32,000 nucleotides of DNA from Candidatus Omnitrophota bacterium (GTDB lineage: Bacteria; Omnitrophota; Gorgyraeia; Duberdicusellales; 4484-171), in assembly GCA_021735045.1 (NCBI GenBank), contig JAIPHU010000005.1:33811-65810 (forward strand), read 5' to 3'. Each line of letters opens with the position of its first letter. Position 1 is the first letter of the stretch. Positions 14,717-22,145 of the stretch are shown in pieces. Made by a program: the position numbers and the translations under genes. Below the pieces are notes generated by a model. The model was not told where the DNA came from and searched no databases. It saw nothing but the letters and a program-made list of their open reading frames with translations.

Positions 14717-16312
14717 TTACATCTCTTTGACTGGCTCTATTCCTAAAATTTCCAAACCAAAGTAAAGAACTTCTTTAGTTGCTTGCAAAATATTTAATCT
14801 AACCTTTGTTTTTTTAGGGTCATCACTTAACACTCTTACCTTTTCATAAAATTTATGAAACATCGAAGCTAGCTCTTTTAAGTATTCGATAATAAATACC
14901 GGCTCAAGCAAATAGTAAGATTTCTGCAAACATAGAGAAAATTGCAGAAGCAGGCGTACCATAGCTAACTCTTGAGGCTCGCTTAGATATTTACTAAAAC
15001 TTTTATCCGGTTTTTTATCAGTTTTTAAAAAAATACTTTCGATTCGAGCACAAACATAATGAATATAGTATAATGGATTATCAAAAGAAGATTTTTTGGC
15101 CAAATCAATATCAAAATCTAGATGAGAAGAATTTTTACGAGTTAAATAATAAAAACGTGTTGCATCCTTACCTACCTCTTTTATAAGTTCTGAAAGACGA
15201 ATCAAAGTTCCAGCCCGCTTTGACATTCTTTGCTTGGATTTAAGCGATACCAGCTGAATAATAACAACTGCAAGCAAATCTTCTTTTTTATAGCCTAGAG
15301 CCTTAAGTACAGATTTAATTCTACCGATATAACCATGATGGTCAGGCCCCCATAAGTTTATAAGCTTATCATAACCACGCCTACATTTATCATAGTGATA
15401 AGCTATATCCGAAGCAAAATAAGTAAGTTGGCCATCTGATTTTTTAACTACTCGATCTTTGTCATCAGAAAACTTAGTTGAACTAAACCACAGCGCACCT
15501 TCTTGCTCATAGATAAGGCCTTTCTTTTCTAAAAACTTTATAGACTCTTCTACTTTTTTTTCATTAATTAACTTTTTTTGGCTAAACCAGCTATCAAAAA
15601 ATATATCTAACTTGCTAAGATCTGATTTAATTAAATTTTGCAGAGAAGATAGACAAAAATCATAGAGGTCGGCATTCTTGCCGTCTCGGATATAGTCTGA
15701 GGCGATATCTTTTAAGTATTGGCCCTTATATCCACCTTCTGGTATCTGATAATCTTTACCTTCGATCTCCTTTATTCTTTCTTTAACAGATAAAACCAAA
15801 AGTTCCATCTGCTTTCCTGCATCATTGAGGTAATACTCTCTTTGAACTTTATCCCCTTGAGCTTCTAACAAATTAGCAATCACATCACCAACCACCGCTT
15901 GCCTTCCATGGGCAATAGAAAGAGGCCCGGTAGGATTGGCGCTAACAAATTCAATTAATACTTTTGTTTTTTTGTCTTCTTTAAAATAATCTTTTTTATC
16001 TTTGATAATTTTTTCTAATGCTTTGATTAAAAACTCCTGAGAAAAAAATAAATTTATAAAACCTGGTTTTATCAACTCTATCTTTTCAACCTGATTACCA
16101 ACTTCTTTAATTAACTCTTCTTTAATTTTTTGAGCAACATCTAAGGGGTTCTTGCTTATTTTTGAAGCAATCTTTAAAGGCACAGCGGTTGATAAATCAC
16201 CAAATTTTTGACGCGAGGACAGTTCCCAAACAGGATAGTCTAGATCTATATTATATTTTTTCTCAACTATCCCCTTCAAAAGAGAAGAAACTCTATCATA
16301 AAAATTTTTCAT
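14717..16312 (-). CDS. argS: Arginyl-tRNA synthetase
   Basis: 531 aa with SANPTGPLSIAHGR (HIGH-like), the MSKR motif, and a C-terminal DALR anticodon-binding-type region. Confidence 0.95.
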   Translation of the reverse strand: MKNFYDRVSSLLKGIVEKKYNIDLDYPVWELSSRQKFGDLSTAVPLKIASKISKNPLDVAQKIKEELIKEVGNQVEKIELIKPGFINLFFSQEFLIKALEKIIKDKKDYFKEDKKTKVLIEFVSANPTGPLSIAHGRQAVVGDVIANLLEAQGDKVQREYYLNDAGKQMELLVLSVKERIKEIEGKDYQIPEGGYKGQYLKDIASDYIRDGKNADLYDFCLSSLQNLIKSDLSKLDIFFDSWFSQKKLINEKKVEESIKFLEKKGLIYEQEGALWFSSTKFSDDKDRVVKKSDGQLTYFASDIAYHYDKCRRGYDKLINLWGPDHHGYIGRIKSVLKALGYKKEDLLAVVIIQLVSLKSKQRMSKRAGTLIRLSELIKEVGKDATRFYYLTRKNSSHLDFDIDLAKKSSFDNPLYYIHYVCARIESIFLKTDKKPDKSFSKYLSEPQELAMVRLLLQFSLCLQKSYYLLEPVFIIEYLKELASMFHKFYEKVRVLSDDPKKTKVRLNILQATKEVLYFGLEILGIEPVKEM

Positions 16313-16345
16313 AATGTTTTGCCTTGGACAAAAAGCATATACATC

Positions 16346-17434
16346 TTAAATAATTCCAGAAACTTTTAAAACTTCCTTTGTGCTAGGCTTGATAACAGGA
16401 GGGCGTTTTATATTATTAATAGCTATTTGAGGGTCTTTTAATCCGTGTCCGGTTAAAGTGCAGGTAATAATTGTTCTTTTGCCTTTAATCTTTTTAAAAA
16501 AACCTTTTTTATTTAATTTTAGCAAGCCAGCTATAGAGGCTGCCGAAGCTGGTTCGGCAAAGACACCCTCTTGTTTTGCTAATATCTTATAAGCAGAAAT
16601 AATTTGATTATCAGTTACAGAATCTATTAATCCTTTTGACTCATCCTTAGCTTCAACTGCTTTTTCCCAACTAGCAGGATTCCCAATCCTTATAGCCGTA
16701 GCCAAAGTTTCAGGATTTTTAAAAGGTTTTCCTCTGACAATCGGAGAAGCTCCCTTGGCTTGAAACCCTAACATCTGTGGCAAACAAGAACTCTTTTTTT
16801 GCGAATAATACTCTTTATACCCTTTCCAATAAGCAGTTATATTGCCAGCATTACCTACAGGAAGTATATGAAAATCAGGACTACAACCTAGATAATCACA
16901 AATCTCAAAAGCAGCCGTCTTTTGGCCCTCTATCCTGTAAGGATTAATAGAATTAACTAAAGTCACCGGGTAGTTAGTAGATATCTCTTTTACAATATCT
17001 AAAGCATGATCAAAGTTACCTTTGATAGCTACCACCTTTGCATTATGGATTAAAGCTTGGGCTAACTTGCCTAAAGCGATAGCCCCCTCTGGAATTACCA
17101 CAACACACTTCATACCCGCTCTGGCCGAATAAGCTGCTGCTGAAGCAGAAGTATTGCCGGTTGAAGCACAAATTACAGCTTTCATCTTATTTTCAACCGC
17201 CTTAGCCATAGCAACCGTCATCCCTCTATCTTTAAATGAACCGGTAGGGTTTAGCCCTTCGTATTTAAGATAAACTTCAAAGCTTTTACCTAACCGTTTT
17301 GATAAACTAGGCGAATAGATTAAAGGGGTATTTCCTTCTAGAAGGGTTATCCGGGGTGTTTTTTTGCTAACCGGCAAAAATTTTTTATATCTTTCGATTA
17401 CACCTTTATAAGCTTTTTTAGAGTTTAAAATCAT
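16346..17434 (-). CDS. thrC: Threonine synthase
   Basis: 362 aa with the PLP-lysine motif NPTGSFKDRG and an overall ThrC-like sequence. It lies downstream of hom. Confidence 0.92.
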   Translation of the reverse strand: MILNSKKAYKGVIERYKKFLPVSKKTPRITLLEGNTPLIYSPSLSKRLGKSFEVYLKYEGLNPTGSFKDRGMTVAMAKAVENKMKAVICASTGNTSASAAAYSARAGMKCVVVIPEGAIALGKLAQALIHNAKVVAIKGNFDHALDIVKEISTNYPVTLVNSINPYRIEGQKTAAFEICDYLGCSPDFHILPVGNAGNITAYWKGYKEYYSQKKSSCLPQMLGFQAKGASPIVRGKPFKNPETLATAIRIGNPASWEKAVEAKDESKGLIDSVTDNQIISAYKILAKQEGVFAEPASAASIAGLLKLNKKGFFKKIKGKRTIITCTLTGHGLKDPQIAINNIKRPPVIKPSTKEVLKVSGII

Positions 17435-17463
17435 CTTTTTTTTTAATATTATTTTAACAAAGG

Positions 17464-18732
17464 CTAAATCTTTTCTATCCTAATCAGCTGAGAGGGGCTT
17501 TTGACTATTGATAACTTATCTATTTTTGACATTGCTTTTTTTAAATCTTTTTCTTTAGCTTCATGAGTCACCATAACCAAGGGGACAAATTTTCCTCTAC
17601 TGCGCATTTTTTGACTTACAGATAATATGCTTATATCGGATAAAGCAAGAATTTTAGTAATTTTAGCTAAAGCCCCGGGCCTATCTTGAATCATACATCT
17701 AAGATAATATTGATTTTCAACTTCCTTAATATCTTTTATAGTTAGATCTTCTTCTTTTCGTGCAAACCCTTTATTACCTGAGGCTATAGTTACAATATCT
17801 GAAACTACCGAAGAAGAAGTAGGTGTACCTCCAGCGCCTTCTCCAAAAAAGAGTAACTCGCCGGCCGGATGAGTGTATAGAGTTACCGCATTATAAGCCA
17901 AAGGAATCCCGGATAGCGGATGCCGCTGCGGCACAAGCACCGGATGAACTCGCAAATCTAAAGAATTCCTGTTACGCTTAGCAATTGCCAATAGTTTAAT
18001 ACGATATTTTAATTCTTTTGCATAAGTAATATCTAATAAAGATAGTTTTGTTATCCCTTCGGTATATACTTTAGAAAGCTTAGGCCAAATTCCATAACAA
18101 AGGTAACTTAAAATACAAAGCTTATGAAGAGTATCTCCTCCTTCTATGTCAAAAGTTGGATCTTGTTCAGCCAATCCTTTTTCCTGAGCTTGAGTAAGAG
18201 CTTTTTGAAAACTAATATTTTCTTTTTCCATTTTATAAAGTATATAGTTGGCTGTGCCATTTAAAATTCCAAAAATTTTATCAACTTGACAGCCAATTAA
18301 CCCTTCTGATACGCTTTTTATAATCGGAATCGCTCCACAGACAGAAGCTTCAAAACCGACTGATACATCATTTTTTGCGGCTAAATTAAAAATAGTTTTC
18401 CCATTTTTAGCTAAAAGAGCCTTATTTGCTGTAACCAAGCTCTTTTTATTTTTCAAAGAATCCCGGATTAGACTATAAGCTGGTTCTATCCCGCCAATTA
18501 ACTCGATAACTATATCAATATCAGGATCGTTAATAATTTTATAAGGATTGGTAGTAAAAGGTAATGAAAACTCTTTGGCAACCTTGCCCTTAGAACGGTT
18601 AGCATCACAAACTTTTTTAATCTTAATATCTAAAGAAGTCCGCCTTGTAATTAAAGAAGAATTTTTCTTTAATGTCCTTAAAACCCCTTGCCCAACTGTC
18701 CCTAAACCAATCAAACCTATTTTTTTAATCAT
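17464..18732 (-). CDS. hom: Homoserine dehydrogenase with C-terminal ACT domain
   Basis: 422 aa with the Rossmann motif IGLIGLGTVG, a central catalytic region and an ACT-like C-terminus. Confidence 0.92.
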   Translation of the reverse strand: MIKKIGLIGLGTVGQGVLRTLKKNSSLITRRTSLDIKIKKVCDANRSKGKVAKEFSLPFTTNPYKIINDPDIDIVIELIGGIEPAYSLIRDSLKNKKSLVTANKALLAKNGKTIFNLAAKNDVSVGFEASVCGAIPIIKSVSEGLIGCQVDKIFGILNGTANYILYKMEKENISFQKALTQAQEKGLAEQDPTFDIEGGDTLHKLCILSYLCYGIWPKLSKVYTEGITKLSLLDITYAKELKYRIKLLAIAKRNRNSLDLRVHPVLVPQRHPLSGIPLAYNAVTLYTHPAGELLFFGEGAGGTPTSSSVVSDIVTIASGNKGFARKEEDLTIKDIKEVENQYYLRCMIQDRPGALAKITKILALSDISILSVSQKMRSRGKFVPLVMVTHEAKEKDLKKAMSKIDKLSIVKSPSQLIRIEKI

Positions 18733-19082
18733 TTATCTAACTCTTTGTTTATAAAATTTCCAATCTTTTTTAAAAAAGCCTCATCTGAATCTTTAAACTG
18801 TATGTGAGTCTCATAAAGTAAATTTTTTACTTTCTCTTCAGAGTTCACTACTTGGCCGGTAAGTTTTAACTTATCCGAGGCAAAAGGAAAACGAATAGTC
18901 ATAGATAAAAGTGTTCCTTGCTCAAAACCTTTATTAGTAGTCAAAAATAATCCTCCTTGACTAACATCTTTGGTTTGGCTAAGGTCAAAATCAGAAGGAG
19001 GTTCTATAATTTTATAACTTACAATAAAATTAGCATTCAAACGCGGATGTTTTCTTCTTTCTGGACCTTTATATTTTCCCAT
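18729..19082 (-). CDS. Stand-alone PilZ-domain protein (putative c-di-GMP receptor)
   Basis: The track ORF 18729-19190 was trimmed to the internal ATG at 19082, because the 5' extension overlaps tRNA-Pro. GGAGGAGG SD at 19088-19095. PilZ motifs RRKHPR (RxxxR) and DVSQGG (DxSxxG) are present. Confidence 0.75.
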   Translation of the reverse strand: MGKYKGPERRKHPRLNANFIVSYKIIEPPSDFDLSQTKDVSQGGLFLTTNKGFEQGTLLSMTIRFPFASDKLKLTGQVVNSEEKVKNLLYETHIQFKDSDEAFLKKIGNFINKELDK

Positions 19083-19148
19083 ACTACCTCCTCCTTTTAT
19101 TTCTGTGTAGCCCCACTTGCCTTTTGCCTTGTATTGGGCGAAGCAGAA

Positions 19149-19224
19149 TCGGGAGAGCGGGATTCGAACCCGCGACCCCTTGCACCCCATGCAAGTGCGC
19201 TAAGCCAAACTGCGCCACCTCCCG
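19149..19224 (-). tRNA. tRNA-Pro (anticodon GGG)
   Basis: The reverse complement CGGGAGGTGGCGCAGTTTGGCTTAGCGCACTTGCATGGGGTGCAAGGGGTCGCGGGTTCGAATCCCGCTCTCCCGA folds as a cloverleaf. It has C1-G72, as in bacterial tRNA-Pro, and anticodon loop AUGGGGU. No CCA is encoded. Confidence 0.9.
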
Positions 19225-19388
19225 TTGAAAATGCAATTATATAGGGTTATTCTTTCATTTTCAACGGCACTGAACCGACTTCTTCGGCGAAGTGCCTAAA
19301 CACCTAAATGAGATACTTCGTCATTTCATTCCTCAGTATTAATTCGACTAATCCCGGCGTTCCGCCGGGAAAGTCTCATTGAATTCTA
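19225..19388 (-). repeat. Conserved structured leader module, copy 2 (unclassified; putative 5' leader RNA of tRNA-Pro)
   Basis: Colinear with 10385-10551, with the same order of hairpins, mini-ORF and nested promoter. See findings. Confidence 0.85.
19236..19264 (-). promoter_or_regulatory. Proximal promoter (P2) of tRNA-Pro, nested in an 11-bp inverted repeat
   Basis: Minus strand: TTGAAA (19264-19259), 17-nt spacer, TATAAT (19241-19236). Confidence 0.6.
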
Positions 19389-19411
19389 TCATGCTTTATA
19401 AGGGCTATCAA
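19383..19411 (-). promoter_or_regulatory. Distal promoter (P1) of leader module copy 2
   Basis: Minus strand: TTGATA (19411-19406), 17-nt spacer, TGaTAGAAT with the -10 at 19388-19383. The -35 starts 2 nt after the upstream gene's stop. Confidence 0.5.
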
Positions 19412-19412
19412 G

Positions 19413-19883
19413 TTAAATCGCCTTAGCTGTAAAAGAAAATTGCTTAAGCAACTTACCTTGTGTGTAAATTTTTATTTGATATTGGCCTAAAGGGTCCCCT
19501 TTGCTTAACCCCCATACATTGTAAATAATCCCATCTGCTAAATTAGATGATCTTTTAGTGATTGCTTTCTTTCCGTTTCTACTTATTTTTGTTGATTTGG
19601 TAACTAGTAATTTTTTAGGCTTCTCAGGAAAAACAACAACTTCTTCCCAGGATATATCTTTGTCTATCTCCTCGGTTACAATAATCCAGCCAAAACCAAG
19701 ATCATCTTTTAAGGTGATTATTTCTGTCTCTTTAATTTTAGGAATATCGCCTCGATAACCAACTACTAAACCAGATTTTGCTCCCAAAACCTTTACCTGA
19801 TAACCGTTATTAACAGCATATAACCCTAGGCCTAGCAAAATAACAACTGTTATAGTTACTATCATCGGCTTCTTTGATTTCAT
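19413..19883 (-). CDS. Hypothetical membrane-anchored/exported protein (possibly DUF3859-like beta-sandwich)
   Basis: 156 aa with an N-terminal TM/signal (MIVTITVVILLGLGLY). The C-terminal pattern LGFGW...FPEKP...G.Y.IKIY..GKLL..FSF recalls DUF3859 proteins. That assignment is from memory only. Confidence 0.55.
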   Translation of the reverse strand: MKSKKPMIVTITVVILLGLGLYAVNNGYQVKVLGAKSGLVVGYRGDIPKIKETEIITLKDDLGFGWIIVTEEIDKDISWEEVVVFPEKPKKLLVTKSTKISRNGKKAITKRSSNLADGIIYNVWGLSKGDPLGQYQIKIYTQGKLLKQFSFTAKAI

Positions 19884-19900
19884 TTGCCCTCCAATATAAA

Positions 19901-20905
19901 TTAATTTATCTTTTCTTTTTTTAACGGCCGATTCATCAAATCGGTAACCGCTTGGTAAGCTGACTTATTTTGGTATAACACAGCATACACTTGTTCAATG
20001 ATTGGCATAGTTACCTTGAACTTTTTACTTATTTCATATGCTGATTTTGTAGTTTCTATGCCTTCGGCAACCATATTCATATTTTCGGTAATCTCTTTAA
20101 GCTTTTGGCCTTTACCTATAAGCTCTCCAACTGTCCTGTTGCGAGAATGAGGGGAAAAACAAGTAGTCATTAAATCTCCTAGCCCACTAATTCCCCAAAA
20201 TGTTTTGGGTTTAGCTCCTAGCTGTTTGCCCAACCGCGTAATTTCAACTAACCCTCTGGTTACCAGCGCAGCTTTAGTATTTGTACCAAAGCCTAAACCA
20301 TCGGATATACCACAAGCTAATGCAATAACATTTTTCAATGACCCACCCAGCTCAACACCAGCAATATCGCTATGGAGATAAATCCTAAAAGTCTGACTAT
20401 TAAATAATTTTTGCAGTTTTAGCCCTATTGATTCTTGCCCAAAGGCCATAATCGCAGTTGTCGGTATGCCCTTAGCTACTTCTTTTGCTATAGTGGGTCC
20501 TGAAAGGACAGCAATATTATCTGTTTTTAACTCTTCTTTTATAATTTCTGAAACTCTTTTTAACGACTTTAGTTCAATACCTTTACTTACACTTACAAAA
20601 ATTTTATTTTTGAAGTTTTTTTGGCAAGCAAATATTTCTTTCAACACTTTTCTTACAAACTTAACTGGAATAGCAATTAAAATAACATCTTCATCTAATG
20701 TTTGGCTTAAGGAAGGTTCTATAGACAAACAGGAAGGAAATTTTACATCTTTTAGGAAAGTCTTGTTCTCTCTTTCCTTTTCCATCTCGAGATTATGCTG
20801 TTTAAATACACTATGAAGTTTTACCTGAACATCTTTTTTAGCTAAATAAACCGCTAGAGTTGTACCCCAGCTACCAGCACCAATTATGGATATCGAATCT
20901 TTCAT
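19901..20905 (-). CDS. gpsA: NAD(P)H-dependent glycerol-3-phosphate dehydrogenase
   Basis: 334 aa with IIGAGSWGTTLA dinucleotide-binding motif and a GpsA-like central and C-terminal sequence (GLGDLMTTC, RN..VG). Confidence 0.92.
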   Translation of the reverse strand: MKDSISIIGAGSWGTTLAVYLAKKDVQVKLHSVFKQHNLEMEKERENKTFLKDVKFPSCLSIEPSLSQTLDEDVILIAIPVKFVRKVLKEIFACQKNFKNKIFVSVSKGIELKSLKRVSEIIKEELKTDNIAVLSGPTIAKEVAKGIPTTAIMAFGQESIGLKLQKLFNSQTFRIYLHSDIAGVELGGSLKNVIALACGISDGLGFGTNTKAALVTRGLVEITRLGKQLGAKPKTFWGISGLGDLMTTCFSPHSRNRTVGELIGKGQKLKEITENMNMVAEGIETTKSAYEISKKFKVTMPIIEQVYAVLYQNKSAYQAVTDLMNRPLKKEKIN

Positions 20906-20910
20906 AGATT

Positions 20911-20942
20911 AGTTAATTGGTTAATTAGTTAATTGGTTAATT
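20911..20942. repeat. Two perfect tandem copies of the 16-mer AGTTAATTGGTTAATT
   Basis: 20911-20926 and 20927-20942 are identical. The complementary 10-mer ACCAATTAAC lies at 20951-20960. Confidence 0.9.
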
Positions 20943-20975
20943 TTCTACTCACCAATTAACCACTCACCAAAAATA

Positions 20976-21046
20976 AGCGGGCGAGCGGAGTCGAACCGCC
21001 ATATCTGGCTTGGAAGGCCAGTGTTCTGCCATTGAACTACGCCCGC
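20976..21046 (-). tRNA. tRNA-Gly (anticodon UCC)
   Basis: The reverse complement GCGGGCGTAGTTCAATGGCAGAACACTGGCCTTCCAAGCCAGATATGGCGGTTCGACTCCGCTCGCCCGCT folds as a cloverleaf, with anticodon loop CUUCCAA and discriminator U73. Confidence 0.92.
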
Positions 21047-21047
21047 A

Positions 21048-21132
21048 TGGGCAGGGGAGGATTTGAACCTCCGAAGCGCAAGCGCAACAGATTTACAGTC
21101 TGTCCCCTTTAACCAGACTCGGGAACCTGCCC
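21048..21132 (-). tRNA. tRNA-Tyr (anticodon GUA), long variable arm
   Basis: The reverse complement GGGCAGGTTCCCGAGTCTGGTTAAAGGGGACAGACTGTAAATCTGTTGCGCTTGCGCTTCGGAGGTTCAAATCCTCCCCTGCCCA is the tRNA. Only 1 nt (21047) separates it from tRNA-Gly. Confidence 0.9.
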
Positions 21133-21139
21133 GAAAATA

Positions 21140-21213
21140 AGCCGGCGAGAGGAATCGAACCTCCAACATCCTCATTACAAGTGAGGTGCTCTGCCAGATT
21201 GAGCTACACCGGC
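21140..21213 (-). tRNA. tRNA-Thr (anticodon UGU)
   Basis: The reverse complement GCCGGTGTAGCTCAATCTGGCAGAGCACCTCACTTGTAATGAGGATGTTGGAGGTTCGATTCCTCTCGCCGGCT is the tRNA, with anticodon loop CUUGUAA. Its 5' 10 nt overlap the nnrD 3' end. Confidence 0.9.
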
Positions 21214-22055
21214 AATTTTTTAATAGCCTGGGGCAAATAGTTAATTAAATCAGAAGCTACTACACAACTTTGAGTTTTTTCTTGAGCGGCTAAATCTCCG
21301 GCTAAGCCATGAAGATGCACCCCTAACTTTGTCGCTTCATAACTATTAATACCTTGAGCGATCAAGCCAGCTATCATCCCACTCAATACATCACCGGTTC
21401 CTGCAGTAGCCATAGCTGGATTACCAGTATCATTTTCAAAAACCATCTTCCCATTAGTCACTAGAGTTCTGTGCCCTTTAAGAGCAAGGTTAAGATTATA
21501 TCTAAGAGCAAAGTTTTTCGCAAGTTCTTTTCTGTTTTCTTTAATTTGCCTAATTTTTTTCTTTACCAGTCGAGAAAACTCTCCTAGATGAGGAGTTAAT
21601 ACAATGTTCTGATTATTATTTTTCTTTAACACTTTTAAACTTAAAGAAAGAATATTAAGGCCATCAGCATCTATGACCAAAGGTTTATCCACTTTTTTAA
21701 TTATTTTAATTACTAATTTTTGCGTAGCAGGATGCAATCCAGCTCCTGGCCCTAAAACTAACACGCTAACTTTATCTAAACTTCTCTCTATTGTTTTAAA
21801 GGCTTTAGCCGATAGATGGCCTTTCTTATCCGCCAAAGGAATACTCATTTCCTCGGTTAACTTTATTTCAAATATCGAATGCAAGCTCTCAGCTACTGCT
21901 ACTTTTACCAAACCAGCCCCAATACGTAATGCGGCCTGGGCGCAAAGACAAACTGCTCCGGTTAACCCGGGAGAGCCTCCGACTACAAGAACTTGCCCAT
22001 AACTTCCCTTATGGGTTTCAGGTTTTCTTTTGAGCAACTGCATAAGCGACTGCAT
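21204..22055 (-). CDS. nnrD: ADP-dependent NAD(P)H-hydrate dehydratase (YjeF C-terminal type, no epimerase domain)
   Basis: 283 aa with HKGSYGQVLVVGGS near the N-terminus and the GTGDVLSG motif. Confidence 0.85.
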   Translation of the reverse strand: MQSLMQLLKRKPETHKGSYGQVLVVGGSPGLTGAVCLCAQAALRIGAGLVKVAVAESLHSIFEIKLTEEMSIPLADKKGHLSAKAFKTIERSLDKVSVLVLGPGAGLHPATQKLVIKIIKKVDKPLVIDADGLNILSLSLKVLKKNNNQNIVLTPHLGEFSRLVKKKIRQIKENRKELAKNFALRYNLNLALKGHRTLVTNGKMVFENDTGNPAMATAGTGDVLSGMIAGLIAQGINSYEATKLGVHLHGLAGDLAAQEKTQSCVVASDLINYLPQAIKKLPV

Positions 22056-22117
22056 AATCTTTAATGAGACTGTAATTTTTCAAGCTTAAAATAAAGAAAA
22101 ATTACTTAGTCGAACTA

Positions 22118-22144
22118 ATCCTTGACATCTTAGATGTCAAGGAT
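22118..22144. repeat. Perfect 12-bp-arm palindrome ATCCTTGACATC-tta-GATGTCAAGGAT
   Basis: Read directly from the sequence. It starts 1 nt after the acpS stop codon (22146-22148). No adjacent U tract on the minus strand. Confidence 0.9.
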
Positions 22145-22145
22145 C

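Noticed and set aside
18729-19190. 153-aa version of the PilZ ORF
   Set aside because: Its first 36 codons run through tRNA-Pro (19149-19224). The internal ATG at 19082 has a strong GGAGGAGG SD and starts the PilZ domain, so the CDS was trimmed.
18957-19244. 95-aa plus-strand ORF
   Set aside because: It is antisense to the PilZ gene and tRNA-Pro and has no coding signal.
20945-21175. 76-aa minus-strand ORF
   Set aside because: It lies entirely within the tRNA-Gly/Tyr/Thr genes, so it is a translation artefact of tRNA sequence.
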